Source: Octopus vulgaris (Eukaryota). Taken from it: 64,000 bases of DNA. The stretch spans positions 29,078,001 through 29,142,000 of the forward strand of contig OX597821.1 in the NCBI GenBank assembly GCA_951406725.2, in the 5' to 3' direction. The position numbers and the translations under genes are program-made. The notes below the pieces were generated by a model that was not told the DNA's origin, did not search any database, and was given only the letters and a program-made list of their open reading frames with translations. Positions 37,996 through 52,063 of the stretch are shown piece after piece; within the stretch, counting starts at the first letter, position 1; each line of letters begins with the position of its first letter.

Positions 37996-39379
37996 ACAGA
38001 ATAAGCTGTCAGGTGAAACCTACAGTTTCAGTCAAAAGGAATTTTATAATTTTATAGGCATAGGTGAGGCTGTGTGGTAAGAAGCTTGCTCCCCAACCAC
38101 ATGATTCGGGGGGGGGGGGGGTTCAGTCCAACTGCATGGCATCTTGAGCAAGTGCTTGCTACTATAGCCCCAGGCCGATAGTCTTGTGAGTGGATTTGAC
38201 TGACAGAAACTGAAAGAAGCTTTGTGTGTGTGTGTATGTGTTTGCGTGTGTCTGTATCTGTTCCCTACCACTGCTTGACAACTGATGTTGATTTGTTTTT
38301 CCCCTAGAAATTAGCTATTTGGCAACAGATCCAATATAATAAATATCAGGCTTTAAAAATAATTTCTGGGGACGATTCATTCGACTAAAAATTCTTCAGG
38401 GCAGTGCCCCAACATGGTCGCAATCTAATGACTAACAGGTGTAAAATATAAAGAAATGAATAAACTTTATTCTATTTTCAACATGAGTCTGTTATTCTTA
38501 AACTTGCTTAACAATCATAATCTTAAATTAGTATTTCTTTTATTAGTCTGTCTATGCAGAATATGTCGCCTCACTTTCTCAATTTTCTTTATTCCATTCT
38601 CTTCTCGTCTTTCTTCTTCTTAACACTGTATTTTTCTTTTCACTTTTTCTTTCATAGTTTTTATTTTGCTCCAGTTCCTTCCCTTCTCCTCCTTCTTCCT
38701 CTTCTTCTTTCTGTCTCTCTCACTCACTCCTCTCCCTCTCTCTTTCTCTTGCCATGCTGGGTCGAATTCCTTAATCATGACAAGATGACATAATGATAGC
38801 ATGAGGTAAGAGATATTCAATTAAGATCATTACATACATTATGCAAACTAAGGTATATAACCTTAGAATCTCTTCATCATAAAAAACCAAACCAAAAAAA
38901 AAGAAAAGACAAACCAAAAAAAAAGAAACTATTATAATATTGAAAGTTGCACATCCTCAAAGTTATCGTCCATCTCATTATTTCTATACCATTCTCTCAG
39001 TACAGACCAGTACATAATCAGTAATATTTGCTTATCTTTTATTATGTACATGCTTATCTATCTATCTATTCATCTACCTATCTATCTTTATATAGTAGCT
39101 GTTTGGTAAGAAGCTTGCTTCCCTGCCACATTCTTCCAGGTTCAGTCCCACTGCGTGGCACCTTGGCCAAGTGTCTTCTACTATAGACTTAGGCCAACCA
39201 AAGCCTTGTGAAGGGATTTGGCAGACGGAAACTGAAAGAAGCTTCTTGTATATATATGTATGTATGTATATGCATGAGTGTGTGTGTGTATGTGCGTGCA
39301 TGTGTGTGTATTTGTGTGACTGCATTTGTCCCCCCATCATCGCCTGACAATTGATGCTGGTATCCTTCATCGACTGGTC

Positions 39380-40080
39380 CTTCCACTCACATTGAGACTG
39401 CATGGCAGTATTTTGAGAACATTGTCACCTATACATGCTCAAAACACGCTCCTACGAAACCCACTAACACAAACAGAAACAGTCTCCCAAGAAAGAAAAA
39501 AACACTCGTCAGGTGTATCAAAAGACTTAATAAAAAAATCAACCAATTGAAATACTCCCACATACAACATCCACATTCAACAATAATGAAAAGGCTGGAA
39601 TTGGAAACACTTCATCTGCAGACCAATGTGAAAACCTCCATTGAAAATCAAAGAGTTGCAGAGGAACAGTGGGTAATCAAAAACATCAAACAGAACCCAA
39701 AAGTGTTCTATTCTTATGCAAATAAGCAGAGGACTGCTGTCTCACCCATTGGGTCATCGATCGATGATAATGGCATTCCCTAAAACAATTCTAAAGAAAT
39801 AGCAGAAATACTGAAGAAACAATACTGCTCTGTCTTTAGTGATCCCACTGATATTGACGTAAGGAAAGCGAACAAAGTTGATTCCCAATATAAAATCTCG
39901 GACATAACCTTCACTGCCTCAGACATCACAGCAGCAATAAATGAGGTCAAATACTATTCTTGCTGTAGGCCCTGATAGATTCCCTGCTAGTCTCCTGAAG
40001 GAATATAGACACCAACTTGCAGTCCCTCTGACTAACCTCTGGAGAAATTCTTTAGACTCAGGTTATATACTGAAACAGTT
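39380..40080 (+). mobile_element. CR1/L2-type LINE ORF2 fragment
   Basis: NIKQNPKVFYSYANK...EIAEILKKQYCSVFS...FPASLLKE..QLAVPLTNLWRNSLDSG, the region preceding the RT domain; contains stops. Confidence 0.85.
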
Positions 40081-40088
40081 CCTATACC

Positions 40089-40231
40089 ACATTATTTACA
40101 TTTGACAGATATTTGTCCTCATTTTGTTTGTTAACACACTGTTTCAGCTGATATACCCTCCAGCCTTCATCAGGTGCCTTGGGGAAATTTCGAACCTGGG
40201 TTCTCATTCCTAAGGTATTTTTTGATGTTAC

Positions 40232-40266
<35 letters not shown>

Positions 40267-40818
40267 TCACTGCCTGGAATCAAACTCTTAACCACTACTC
40301 CCATATGCCTGAGGGCAATTATGGAGTGAATTTTAGGGCTTATAAATCTAATATTTTCCTATCCTTCCTTAATACCGGTTCCCATATGCTACTCATATCT
40401 GCACTCGGTCTGCTTACGAGGTTGTCGTATCCAAGCATATGTGCTGCTGCTTTTAGTCTTCGTATTTTCCAGTGGTGTTCTCTGTCTATTATTTTAACTT
40501 TACCCCACAGGGAGGAGGTGGTCTCCATTTTTCCATACATGATCAGCTATACCCGATTTATCAATATCTCCCCGTGTCACAGCTTTGAGATGTTCCTCTA
40601 CCCTTATTTTGAGGGGGCGGCATGTTTTGCCTTTGTATAACCTACTGCATGGGATGGAGTACACGCAGTTTTTGGTCACATTCTCTTCTATTGGTGGTTT
40701 TACCCGAAGGAGATATTTGCAGCCCATATAACATCAGGACAGTATTCAAATGTATTTGCGAAGCATTGTATTACTTTTGAATACTGTCCTGATGTTATAT
40801 GGACCGCAAATATCTCCT
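40089..40818 (-). mobile_element. 5'-truncated Penelope/Poseidon-type PLE (GIY-YIG + pseudo-LTR)
   Basis: ORFs 40500-40727 (NCVYSIPC..YKGKTCRPLKIRVEEH..SGIADHVW) and 40340-40540 (VKIIDREHHWKIRRLK); downstream pLTR with hammerhead motif. Confidence 0.9.
40133..40178 (-). ncRNA. minimal hammerhead motif in PLE pseudo-LTR (stem III decayed)
   Basis: GGCAC-CTGATGA-A-GGCTG-loop-CAGCT-GAAAC-AGT-GTGTT. Confidence 0.6.
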
Positions 40819-42652
40819 ATCTAAAAGAAACCCATCATATATGTGTGTGTGCCTTTCTATTTGTTCCCTAACACAAATTGGCAACTGATGATGATTTGTT
40901 TACATCCTTTATATCTTAGCAGTTTGACCAAACAGACCAATAAAATAAGTACCATTCTTAAAAAAAATATAGGTACTGGGGATAATTCATTCAAGGCAGT
41001 GTCCCAGCATGGCCACAGTCCAATGACTGAGGCAAGTAAAGAAATAAAAGATAAAGAAACAAAGATCCACTCCACTACCCTAAGAATCAACTCCATCACC
41101 ACTACCAACAGGTAGCACTAAAATGCTTCCATAAATCAAAATTAAGTTTGTTATGAAAGGGATAGTGACAGAAACAAATTTTAAATTATAATTGAAATTT
41201 TAACCTTGAATCATAATAATAGGAGATATTCTGAAAAACAAAATGTCCCCAAAATTTGATTTCTAAAGGAAAAGATATCTGCAGTTTTTAAGAAATATTT
41301 AATTTTTTTAAGTAAAAATTACAATTTAAGCTTTATAATTTTAATTTCATATTTTTCATCATTTCCGATTTGAGTGTGGTTTAATCGATTTGAAATTTCA
41401 AGTTAATTAAAAAATAAAAAATAAAATTAAACGTAAAATTAAGAGAAAGAAATTGTGAACTTAAATTACCATTCCTTATGACAATCAGAATTAATAATAA
41501 CGAACAAATTTTGCTGAATAAATTTACAATGTGTATAGTGTTGTGTTTACCCTAACAGAAAATTCTGGCTTGCAAACAAACCTTCAGATGTTAACTCTGT
41601 TTCTTAGTCACCTGAGAGGCTTTCCTTAAAATAAAACACAAGCTAATAGAGTTTGCTATGATCAAATTTTGCTTAGTAAACTTACAAATGTCTAACTTAA
41701 TTATTGTTCAGATTGTTTTGGAGAGGACTGCAACAATACAGTGTCAGAATTAATGTATTGCAGAATTTAGAGGATTTCTACCTTTGAGTTAGGACATTTG
41801 AATGTAGCCAAGATTAGCTTCTTTCTTTCATCATCAATGCGTGTACAGTGATTAGCAATACACTAAAGCCTTGATATTAAACTAAGATAAAAACCACTAG
41901 GTAGTCACTTGGTCTACAGCTGACACCATGCTACTGGCTAGGTGAGCAGACCAACATTCTCCACTGATCATTATTACATAAGCCTGGCACAATGTAAAAT
42001 GAAGTGTTTTGTTCAAGAACACCACGCACTGCCCACTCAGGGAATTGAACCTACGATCTAGCGATCGTGAGGGTAACAGCCTAACCACTAGGCCACATAT
42101 CTTCACTACATTTACATGGTCTCCAGAAATCTGGAAAATTTAGAAATCCAAGATGCTTCTTGCCCCAAGCTTGCTGAATAATTGGTCAGATACTGTATTA
42201 TCATTATTACATAAGTCTGTCCTTCAATTCAGTGAAGATTTGCTCTTGTTATATTTAGTTTTGCTGAGGAAATAGTGGTGATGGTGGCAGTCGTTCTTTT
42301 GTTATTGTTGTTGTTGATTAGTCCTAAGTCAACCTGGGTCATGCAGAATAACGATCAAAGGTATTCCAGCCTTTCAGTTTTAGCATGTAGCTTGAAGGCT
42401 TTTGATCTTAGTGAGGAGCAGAGAGTTAGCGAAGGCCATGGCTTTGGCAGACTCATTCCTATACGAGTGAGATTGATGTGATTGAAGCCTAGCTTGATCA
42501 CATGCAAGTGGTGTGGGAGTGGAACCAGGAGAAGAGAGAAGAGGCTACAAGGAAAGCTGCAACAGAATTCTATTGAAAGGTCCAAGAAGATGATCTTGAT
42601 ATTCAACCAATATCAGAAGTTGTATTACATATCTGTGCACAGACAGACAGAC

Positions 42653-42695
<43 letters not shown>

Positions 42696-42843
42696 CTGGG
42701 GTAAGCACATAAATGTGAAACAAGGTGGAAAAAAGAGTACTCAAATACCAGAGGTAGAGTAATAAGATTGTTACCTTTTCTTTGCTTCCCCCTCTCTGCG
42801 TTTTACTTCTAGTCTATTAGAAGTAAAACGCAGAAAGGGAGAA

Positions 42844-42888
<45 letters not shown>

Positions 42889-43555
42889 CAGAGAAAGAGA
42901 GAGAGAGAGAAGACAAAGAAGGAGATGATGAGTATTTAAATAGAAAGATATATGAAGAGATATAAAGAAAGAAAAACACAGACAGGCAGAAGTATAAAGT
43001 GAGATTGGAAGAAAAAAGAAAAGAAAAAGGTGTATATGTGTGAGAGAGAGAGAGAGAGAGTGGACAGAGGGAGGAGATAATGAACAGAAAGAGATAGCAG
43101 AGCAAGGAAGGGGAGAGTGAATAGAAAGAGACAGTAGAGAGAGGGAGAAAGAAAGACAGAAATTCACAGTAGAAGATGGGCCGAAAAAAATGCAGCATCC
43201 ACATTAGGCAAACATAGAAACGGGGAAGAGATGCTGAGACAGATGAGGATGCAAAATGGGTAATATGAAATAATGTGTAAGAGAATACAATTATTATAGG
43301 TGTGGTCGGTCTGTGTGTGTGTGTGTGTGTAACATGGGGTGGGGGAGCTGTGGAAATATCCTAAATGAGAGAGGTAAAAATATAATTGTGCTAATGAGCA
43401 AACTATTCATTCAAATAAGAATTGTAAAAGATGGGGACTAAAGAATAAAAAAACTAGATAGAGTATTGACTAAAGTGTGTGTATGAGTGTACATACATAC
43501 ATACATATAAAACTATGTATATATGAAAGTTTGTATGATTGTGTATGGGTAAATA

Positions 43556-43816
43556 TAGTCGATGAAATTCCAACATAGTTGGACGTTCAAATTTTAATTT
43601 TGCGTTTTTCACAAATTTTACAATATTACATGTTACAATAATGGGAATTGATTTTCAAAATTTATCAGAGGTGTTTCATCGCTTGGTGAAGTGATGTGGA
43701 CCTCCCTGATGATAAACCAACAGGGTTCAAAAATCGATTACATATGTAATATTGCAAAACTGTAAATAAAGCCATGAAGCTCAGATTATGATGGAATTTT
43801 GGAATTTTCATGACTA
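43556..43816. mobile_element. decayed palindromic MITE
   Basis: TAGTCGATGAAATTCC / GGAATTTTCATGACTA termini and internal inverted similarity. Its right end plus flank is duplicated at ~43996-44100. Confidence 0.55.
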
Positions 43817-43886
43817 AATATATCTATATGAATGTACAGGTGTGTGTGTGTGCATATACGTATTTGTGTATATATGTGTGTGTATA

Positions 43887-43952
<66 letters not shown>

Positions 43953-44073
43953 TGTGTGTGTGTGTTTGTGTGTGCGTGTATATATATATGTATATGGAAT
44001 CTTAGAATTTTCATGACTAAATATATCTATATGAATGTACAGGTGTGTGTGCATATATATATTTGTGTATATA

Positions 44074-44106
<33 letters not shown>

Positions 44107-44692
44107 ATATACACACACACATATACATATATATATTTATTCATGTTTGCTTTTATGTTTAGTTATGATAAAAACAATTTCAATTTAATCTGAATTTACT
44201 CTATACTTTTGTAGCATAGAAATTTATTATTCCTAAACAAGAATATTTTATTAGCAGTGACTTCAAAATTTTGGCTAGCTATGTTTTACATTCAATGTTT
44301 TTACCATGGTTGCCATGAATTAGATGAACATATTATTGAGTGACTCATAGGCAGGCATCCTTCCTTTCTGTAACCCTGATGTGTTTCTTAAAGATGGGAT
44401 CTTCTTTTTCAAATGTATTTGAAAGTACAAAGTGAGCAGACAAGTGGTCAACAGGGGGAAAAAAAGAACACAGCCAAAAAAAACTAAAAAAACTGACAAC
44501 AACAACACCTCTCATTGTATAAAAATGCAAACAGACACACAGGTACACACATACTGTGTTTCTCGGCATACAAGTCAATGAAGTATATAGTGTAAACAAA
44601 TAGCATAAACATTCAAATATTTTCACTATCTTTCCATATCCTGCAGCATTTCATGTGGAATTTTTGGTCTTCTAAAGTTGTCTTGCTGTATA

Positions 44693-45197
44693 CCATAAAT
44701 CCTCGAGTATAATCCGCATTATTTTCCCCAAATTTAAAGGTCAAAATCCCTACTGTGTACTATATACGAGGTTAAAAATGAAAAATATTTTCTAAGCAAT
44801 GTTCGAGTCTCTATTTGCTGTCCGGCAATGTTTATTCAGACGCATTTTGTGATGTGGGGCATGAAAATACCTTAAGCTAAGCCTTAAAAAAATGAAGTCA
44901 TAAAAGAATCATCCATAACTTGCAGCAAGCAACATTTATTAAATGTTATTACTGTTATTTCTTTATTTTCTGCAAACAAAATGCTCAAAAAAGCTAGATG
45001 TTAGCATTATGTTATATATACAATAATAATAAAGGACGTTACTGTATACATTTTTACAAACCAAGGACGTTATATAGATCTCTTTGACTCAACTTATACA
45101 CATATTATACACAAGGTTTAGGCTTTTCAGAGGTACAGACCCCAAAAAATCACCTGCGTATTATACTCAAGGGTGGACTATACTCGAGGATTTACAG
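44693..45197. mobile_element. Tc1/mariner-superfamily MITE, second copy
   Basis: Colinear with 24519-25018; TA flanks; CpG-decayed termini CCATA/TACAG. Confidence 0.9.
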
Positions 45198-45870
45198 TAT
45201 GTCAACCTTGCATTTTTAGCTGTAAATTTTGGTCTGAAAAATTTGACTACTATGCTGGATTATACAGTACACACGTAATTGTGTGTGTGTGGATTGAAAG
45301 ACATAACTGCTTCTGCTAAAATCTACCTTTACTGAATCCAGTCTCAAAATGATGATGAATATAAAATACAGAAAGCAAATACAAAAGAAGTATAAATAAA
45401 GCATAAAATTTGATCAAGAGAACACAGATTTCATGGTTTTAATCATGGAAGTGAGGAACTGATGTTTCCCAAGAGGAATGTAAAGTTTCTGGCTTGGCTA
45501 AGAATTTCAATCAAATTAAACTGCGTATAAGATACATCGTCTGGTTAATGAGGATTTCGGCTATTACTGGTGGAATACTGTTTCCCTGTCTGCAATCTTC
45601 AGTTTATAGAGATTGAACTTAGGTAAAACAAATAGCAGAGCAAATAGATGAGTAAATAAGAATCAATAAGATTTGATATGTGATCAATTGATTGCTTAAA
45701 CTGTTCACATGTGACTGATGAGGGAAGTCATGACAGATGGATGGGTATGGCGATAGACAAAGAGAAGTCGATTGATTGATTGACTGACTGACTGATTTAG
45801 AGAGATAACGAGATAACTGCAGATATGCATATAAAGATCGATAATTAGAAAGGTAAATAAACAGCTAGCT

Positions 45871-45904
<34 letters not shown>

Positions 45905-45905
45905 T

Positions 45906-46001
<96 letters not shown>

Positions 46002-47948
46002 AGGGAGATAAAATATGCCAATAGGTAGGCAGTTGTAAATATATATACATTTATATATAGAGAGGGAGATATGTGAAAAGATAGGTAGTTCGGTATATGT
46101 GCATATATATAAGAAGGTGTGTATATATATATATACATATATATATATATGAAAGCAGGCACATATTTAAATAGGTATACAATTACATAAAGAAAGCTAT
46201 CTGAAGATAGATGGAAACTTGGCAGTAGAAAGGCCTTTAAGCCTGAAACACATTAAGTTACACAGACCAACCAAAAGAGGGAGAGAGAGAGGTGGAGAGG
46301 GACAGATTGTTATAGAGCCCTCGGTCAGCCCTGAATAGAGAGAGAGAGAGAGAGAGAGTAGAGTGGGGGGAAGGTTATAAATGTTTAATTATCCTTAACA
46401 CTGGTGCAATGAATAGAAATCAATTCGTTAACCTTTCAAGTCCTGAAGTATGTATCAATGAGCAATCTGCCTTATTGACCTTTATCTACAAAATTTGGTA
46501 ATTCTAATAAACAGCAAGGTTAGCTGAGGCAATGTAAACTTAAGTATTTCACATTTGCACACAAGCACTATGAAACACATGTACTTTCCTCCTCTTCCAG
46601 TGCTCCCTCCTCTTTCTCCACCTGCTACACTATCACCATCATCATCATCATTATTAATTCAAAGTTCTCTTTTCCCTGCTTGCACGGATCAGGTGGAATT
46701 GGTTAAGAGAGAGATCTTATGATTGGATGCACTTCCTGTCGCCAACCCTCGATGCAACATTTCTCACTGGCCAGATATGCTTTCATAAAAGCTTAGAAAC
46801 AAACAACATGCTTGTATGAGGGTGATGCTTGTTTACAACTATTATGCAATGTCAAGACAAGGAAACAAACACACACACACACACTTATGTACACACACAT
46901 ATTCATTTACTCATTTTCTTTACCAAATCCCCTTACAAGGTTTTGCTCAGCCTGGGGCTATAGCAGAAGACAGTTGCCCAGGGTACCACACAATGGGACT
47001 GAACCTGAAATCAAGTGGTTGGGAAGTGAAGTACTTAACCACACAGCTATGTCTATCAAACCTCATCAATTTCCACCAGACTGTTTATGCTTTGCTCCCC
47101 ATAGATTCAGAGGCTCTGTAAAGAATTATGGATACTGGCCATCCTTCTGAATAAGTGATTTAAAAGAAAACAAAGATTAATAATGAAAAAGTCATTACTA
47201 CATCTCTCTCAAAAGTTATCAATTATTTTCTGAAAGATCTATTAAGATTTTATTTCATTAGAAATACAACCTAAAAAGAATATAAAAAGTGGTTGTCTAG
47301 ATCATCATCATCATCATCATCACCATTTAAAGTCTGCTTCTGTGCTGGCATGGGTTGGACAACTTGACTGGGGCTGGCAAGGCCAGGGGCTGCACTAGGT
47401 TCCATGGACTGTTTTGGCTTGGTTTCTACAACTGGATACCCTTCCTAATGCCAACCACTTTACAGAGTGTCCTGAGTGCTTTGCACACGACACCAGCACC
47501 CACACCAAGTGTAAATGTAAAATACTTCTTGTAGCCTTAACGTTTTAACAGCTCACAATTTAGCAAAAGCTTCAGGGTAGCATAAAGTCGAGCAAACAGA
47601 AACCCACCACCTTTCATAAGCTACGATACCATTTCAATCACATGTAACAATATCACATGATATAGTACCTATTTCTAGCAGCTATGGGAACTCAAAGAAT
47701 ATTGAATTAAAATCATAGGCCCAAATGCACAATTGATAAGGTGTCAGAATGAACACTTGAGGGTATATGAGCAAGTAACAGTAACACTCTATAAAAGCAT
47801 TTGCTGCAACTATTCAGTAAGATGCGTGTATGAAACAACAATGTAAACTGTTTATATAACATTCTGTCTTTACAACAACAGATGGGAGGCTTATGTGGTC
47901 ACCCAATCTGCCAGAAATCATAGCCAAATCTTCCTTAAATCATATCTT

Positions 47949-48379
47949 AGATCTTTTCCATCTCAAGCACATATTTTTTAATTAATCTTTTTTAATTAAA
48001 CACTTTGAAACTTCAGATACTTTCTCGCATAGAACAGAGTTTACTCTTAAAGTTTTGTTCAAAATTTTGTATTTTAGAAGTTATTTCATGTTAAAGATGC
48101 CGTATTTGGGTAATTTTAACCAATCAATGACGTGTATTCAGCTGAAGAAAGTTACTGCTGCTATTTGCGAACAACTTCTGGCTCATTATTCTTACAAAAT
48201 TATTATTGAAACAGACCAACGATGAAGCCTGTATGTGGTTTCATGACCTGCTAGAAAAATTAGCCAAACTTTTTCATATACAGAACAGAAAAACCTCTGA
48301 CACATTCAACCAGTATCCAAAGTTTCAAAGCGTTTAGTTTAAAAAATTTTTTAATCTGTGCTTGAGATGGAAAAGATCC
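47949..48379. mobile_element. Merlin-like MITE
   Basis: GATCTTTTCCATCTCAAGCACA / TGTGCTTGAGATGGAAAAGATC (22 bp perfect, imperfect to ~70 bp). Degenerate 8-bp TSD CATATCTT/CATATTTA. Confidence 0.8.
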
Positions 48380-48751
48380 CATATTTAAAAAGTTGAGCAC
48401 TACTAAAAAGTGAAGCATACACCTGACAATGTAGTTCAAGACACACACACACAAAAACACAGAATGGCCAGGGATAGAATGATTTTGATCAAAAGTCTGC
48501 TTTATATCAGAAATGATCTGGGGGTAAAACAAGACATTGTATCACACACACACACACATACAACCCTACATCCATACAAATATTACATATGCATCGACAT
48601 ATACAGAGACGTGCACACACTCATGCATGCATGCCCTGTCTTGCACATAAACATGTGTGCACATACATATGCAACATCAACTTTCTGTATTACTGAGCAA
48701 CAGTATCAGTATCATCATCATCAACAACAACAACATCATAAAAGTCAGTTA

Positions 48752-48789
<38 letters not shown>

Positions 48790-49454
48790 TATGGCTGAGA
48801 TTGCAGCATATTATTTACAAAGCTGCAATTACTGGAACAGAATGACATCAGTATCCACACTTGACAGACGTACATCAAACAGGTAAATACTCCCCCCGTT
48901 TCGCTCCACTCCATTCTGCTCCCCTCTGTTCCATTCACACTGCATCCACCACCAGTAGCAGCACCACCACTACAACTACCACCACTACCACTACCACCAC
49001 CACAATCACTACAACCTTCCACGGTATCATCGTGACTGATTTATGTCAAGTGGAATGGAGTGGCAAGGTGAGGTGAGGTGTGGTACGGTGAGGTGAGGTG
49101 AGGTGTGGTACGGTGTGGTGTGGTGTGGTGTGGAGGTAGGGAGAGGAGTGGTGCGGCGTCAGTTAATTATTCTGCTTTCATCTTTATTTTTGCTGTGTTT
49201 TATAATTGCTCGGGAGTGTTTTGCTATTTATCATCCTACACACTGTACACTGGCGTGATAAATAGAGTCTATTGCTTGACCTGATGCCATCAAAGACATA
49301 TTCATCAACCTGAACAGTCCTATAGATTTCAGGAGAGGAAAAAGAGAAGTGGCAGTGGCAGGCGGTGGTGGTGGTGGTGGTAGTGGTAAGGGTTTGAGGT
49401 TGTGGGGTGAACGTGGGGGCGTTGGTAGGGGTCGGTGAGGTGGAGGAATGTCAG

Positions 49455-50030
49455 CTGTATGGGGGAAAAATAGCTGTAGTGATATTCATTCCTTTCTCTA
49501 GGGAGTCATAATAGTAAGTGGAAGAATTTAGAACATGATGGCAAACACTGCTGTTTCCCATTCTTTTAGTCAAGGTGGTGGTGGTAGTGGTGGTGGTAGT
49601 GGTGGTGGTGATAGTAGAAGAATGATAGCAGAATGGAAAAATAGCTGTGGTGATATTCATGCCTTTCTCGAGGGAATCATAATAGCAAGTGGAAGAATTT
49701 AGAACATTGGTGGCAAGCACTGCTGTTTCTCATTCTTTTAGTCAAGGTGGTGTCGGTGGTTTTTTGGGAGGCAGAAGAAAGGTCGCGAAACGGAAAAATA
49801 GCCGTAGTGACATTCATACATTTCTTAAAGGAGAAATAAGAACAAGTAGAAGAATTTAGAATATGGCAGACACAGTGGGTCTTGCTTTCGTCGGTCAAGG
49901 TGGTGGTGGTGGTAGTGGTGATGGCAATTTAGGATGGTGGCAGCAGGATTGGAAAATAGCTGTTGTGGTATTCATGCCTTTCTTGAGGGGTGGTGGCGTA
50001 AGAGAGAATTAAAAAACATTGGCAGATAAT
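49455..50030. repeat. four diverged tandem units (157-171 bp) with (GGT)n linkers
   Basis: GGAAAA(A)TAGC starts at 49464, 49635, 49792 and 49951. Confidence 0.9.
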
Positions 50031-50254
50031 ATTTTTTTTTAGATTTTGATGGTGGTGGCGATTATAACTTGCCTGTTGCTTTACCATGTATATGTCTGTG
50101 TGCCTGTGTGTGTATGTGTGTATTCATACAGATGTGAATATATATATATATGCATGTATGTGTGTGTGCACATATTTATGCAACTCACTCTCTCCCTGTA
50201 TTTCTGTATGTATGTATGTATGATGTATGTATATGTGTGTGTCTGTGTATGTGT

Positions 50255-50325
<71 letters not shown>

Positions 50326-50778
50326 TACACACAAACACTATATATGTATATATAGATGTGTGTGTGTGTGTGTGTGTTAATATATGCATGCATAAATGTG
50401 TTTGTGGCTAGTGTTAGTTTTCCTTTATTATTACATAAATTCAGGAACACTAACCTTGTTGGACATTTTTAGCTCAAAGAGGTGTTCAACAGGTCAATTC
50501 ATGGTTCACTGAATAATAAAGTCTATGTGTGTGTGGTGGTAAGAGTAGTAACTTAGTAGCATACATAAATATGTGGTGTGAATGCTACACACACACACAC
50601 ACACACATATATATATGGTACATATATATGCAAATTTAGTCTATACATACACACTATACAGACGCGTGTGTATATATATAAATATATATATTTGTGTGTT
50701 TATATGTGACTGTGCATTCACACATACACACGTGTCTGTATAGTGTGTATGTATGAATGCACAGTCACATATAAACAC

Positions 50779-50841
<63 letters not shown>

Positions 50842-51074
50842 GTATATATATTTGGTGTATTCGACCGTGTGCCTTTGCTTGTATGTGTATTACTTATACA
50901 ATATGAGAAAAACAGTTTCAACAAAATCCATTATTATAGGATATGAAAGAAAGAGGTGGTGGGGGGGTACAACAGATAACAAAAATTGGAAATGTGTGTA
51001 TGCTCACACACATATATATATATATACAAATATACACACCCCATACCAGTGTGGAAAACGGATGTTAAAGGATG

Positions 51075-51106
<32 letters not shown>

Positions 51107-51488
51107 GATGATGATATATACTGTTATTCATAGACACACACATAGATGTATAGATAATATACATATGCTAATATATGAATATATACATACATACATACAT
51201 ACATATATATATATAGATATAGATAGACAGACAGACACACATGAATATATAGATTCTGTCTATTAATCTATCTATACACATACATACACACACCTATTCT
51301 ATACGTATACAGCCATATTCATAGGCATATACATATAAATACACACACACATGCATACTTATATACAGTCTGTATATACTCATTTTCATACATGTATGCA
51401 TATAAATATATGTCAATATGCATAAGCATATACACACATATATATATGCTGTGTGTGTGTGCATATATATACATATATATATATATAC

Positions 51489-51580
<92 letters not shown>

Positions 51581-52029
51581 TCACATGTATACACTTACAT
51601 ACATACATGCAAGAAAACACATTCATGTGTGCATATGCATACGTACACACACACAGGCGTATGCATACAGATATACACATACGTGCACATGCATTAAAAA
51701 TGTAGCAGTATTAAAAAGTAGCCCAGCCCCACAACCTACCCCATCAGCACTAACTGGTAATAATTCTTCAAAAATGTACGTATGATATTTTTATGATGTA
51801 GTAAATAACTGAAAATCTGGTGTTTAATGATGCATTTCACAACTGGTGCAGTAACTGCAACATTTTAGCATCTAATTAAGTGCTTTTTATCTGCTCCGAG
51901 TGAAATATATATCATTGTTCTAAACATCAAATAATATTTAATGCTCTTTCAATGTATAAAAATCTATCCTGAATGTTAAAAGGTTGGTTCCTATGATGAC
52001 ATTATTAGCCATTATTACTATTATTACTA

Positions 52030-52063
<34 letters not shown>

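Noticed and set aside
38675-38805. Acceptor plus GAG|GTAAGA donor
   Set aside because: The intervening sequence is a CT-rich low-complexity tract.
43706-43740. Isolated CTGATGA motifs (also 45715, 55550, 28425 minus)
   Set aside because: No paired stem II followed by GAAA and no stem I; not hammerheads.
49455-50030. CRISPR-like repeat-spacer appearance
   Set aside because: Eukaryotic context, ~110-bp diverged repeats, low-complexity linkers and no cas genes.
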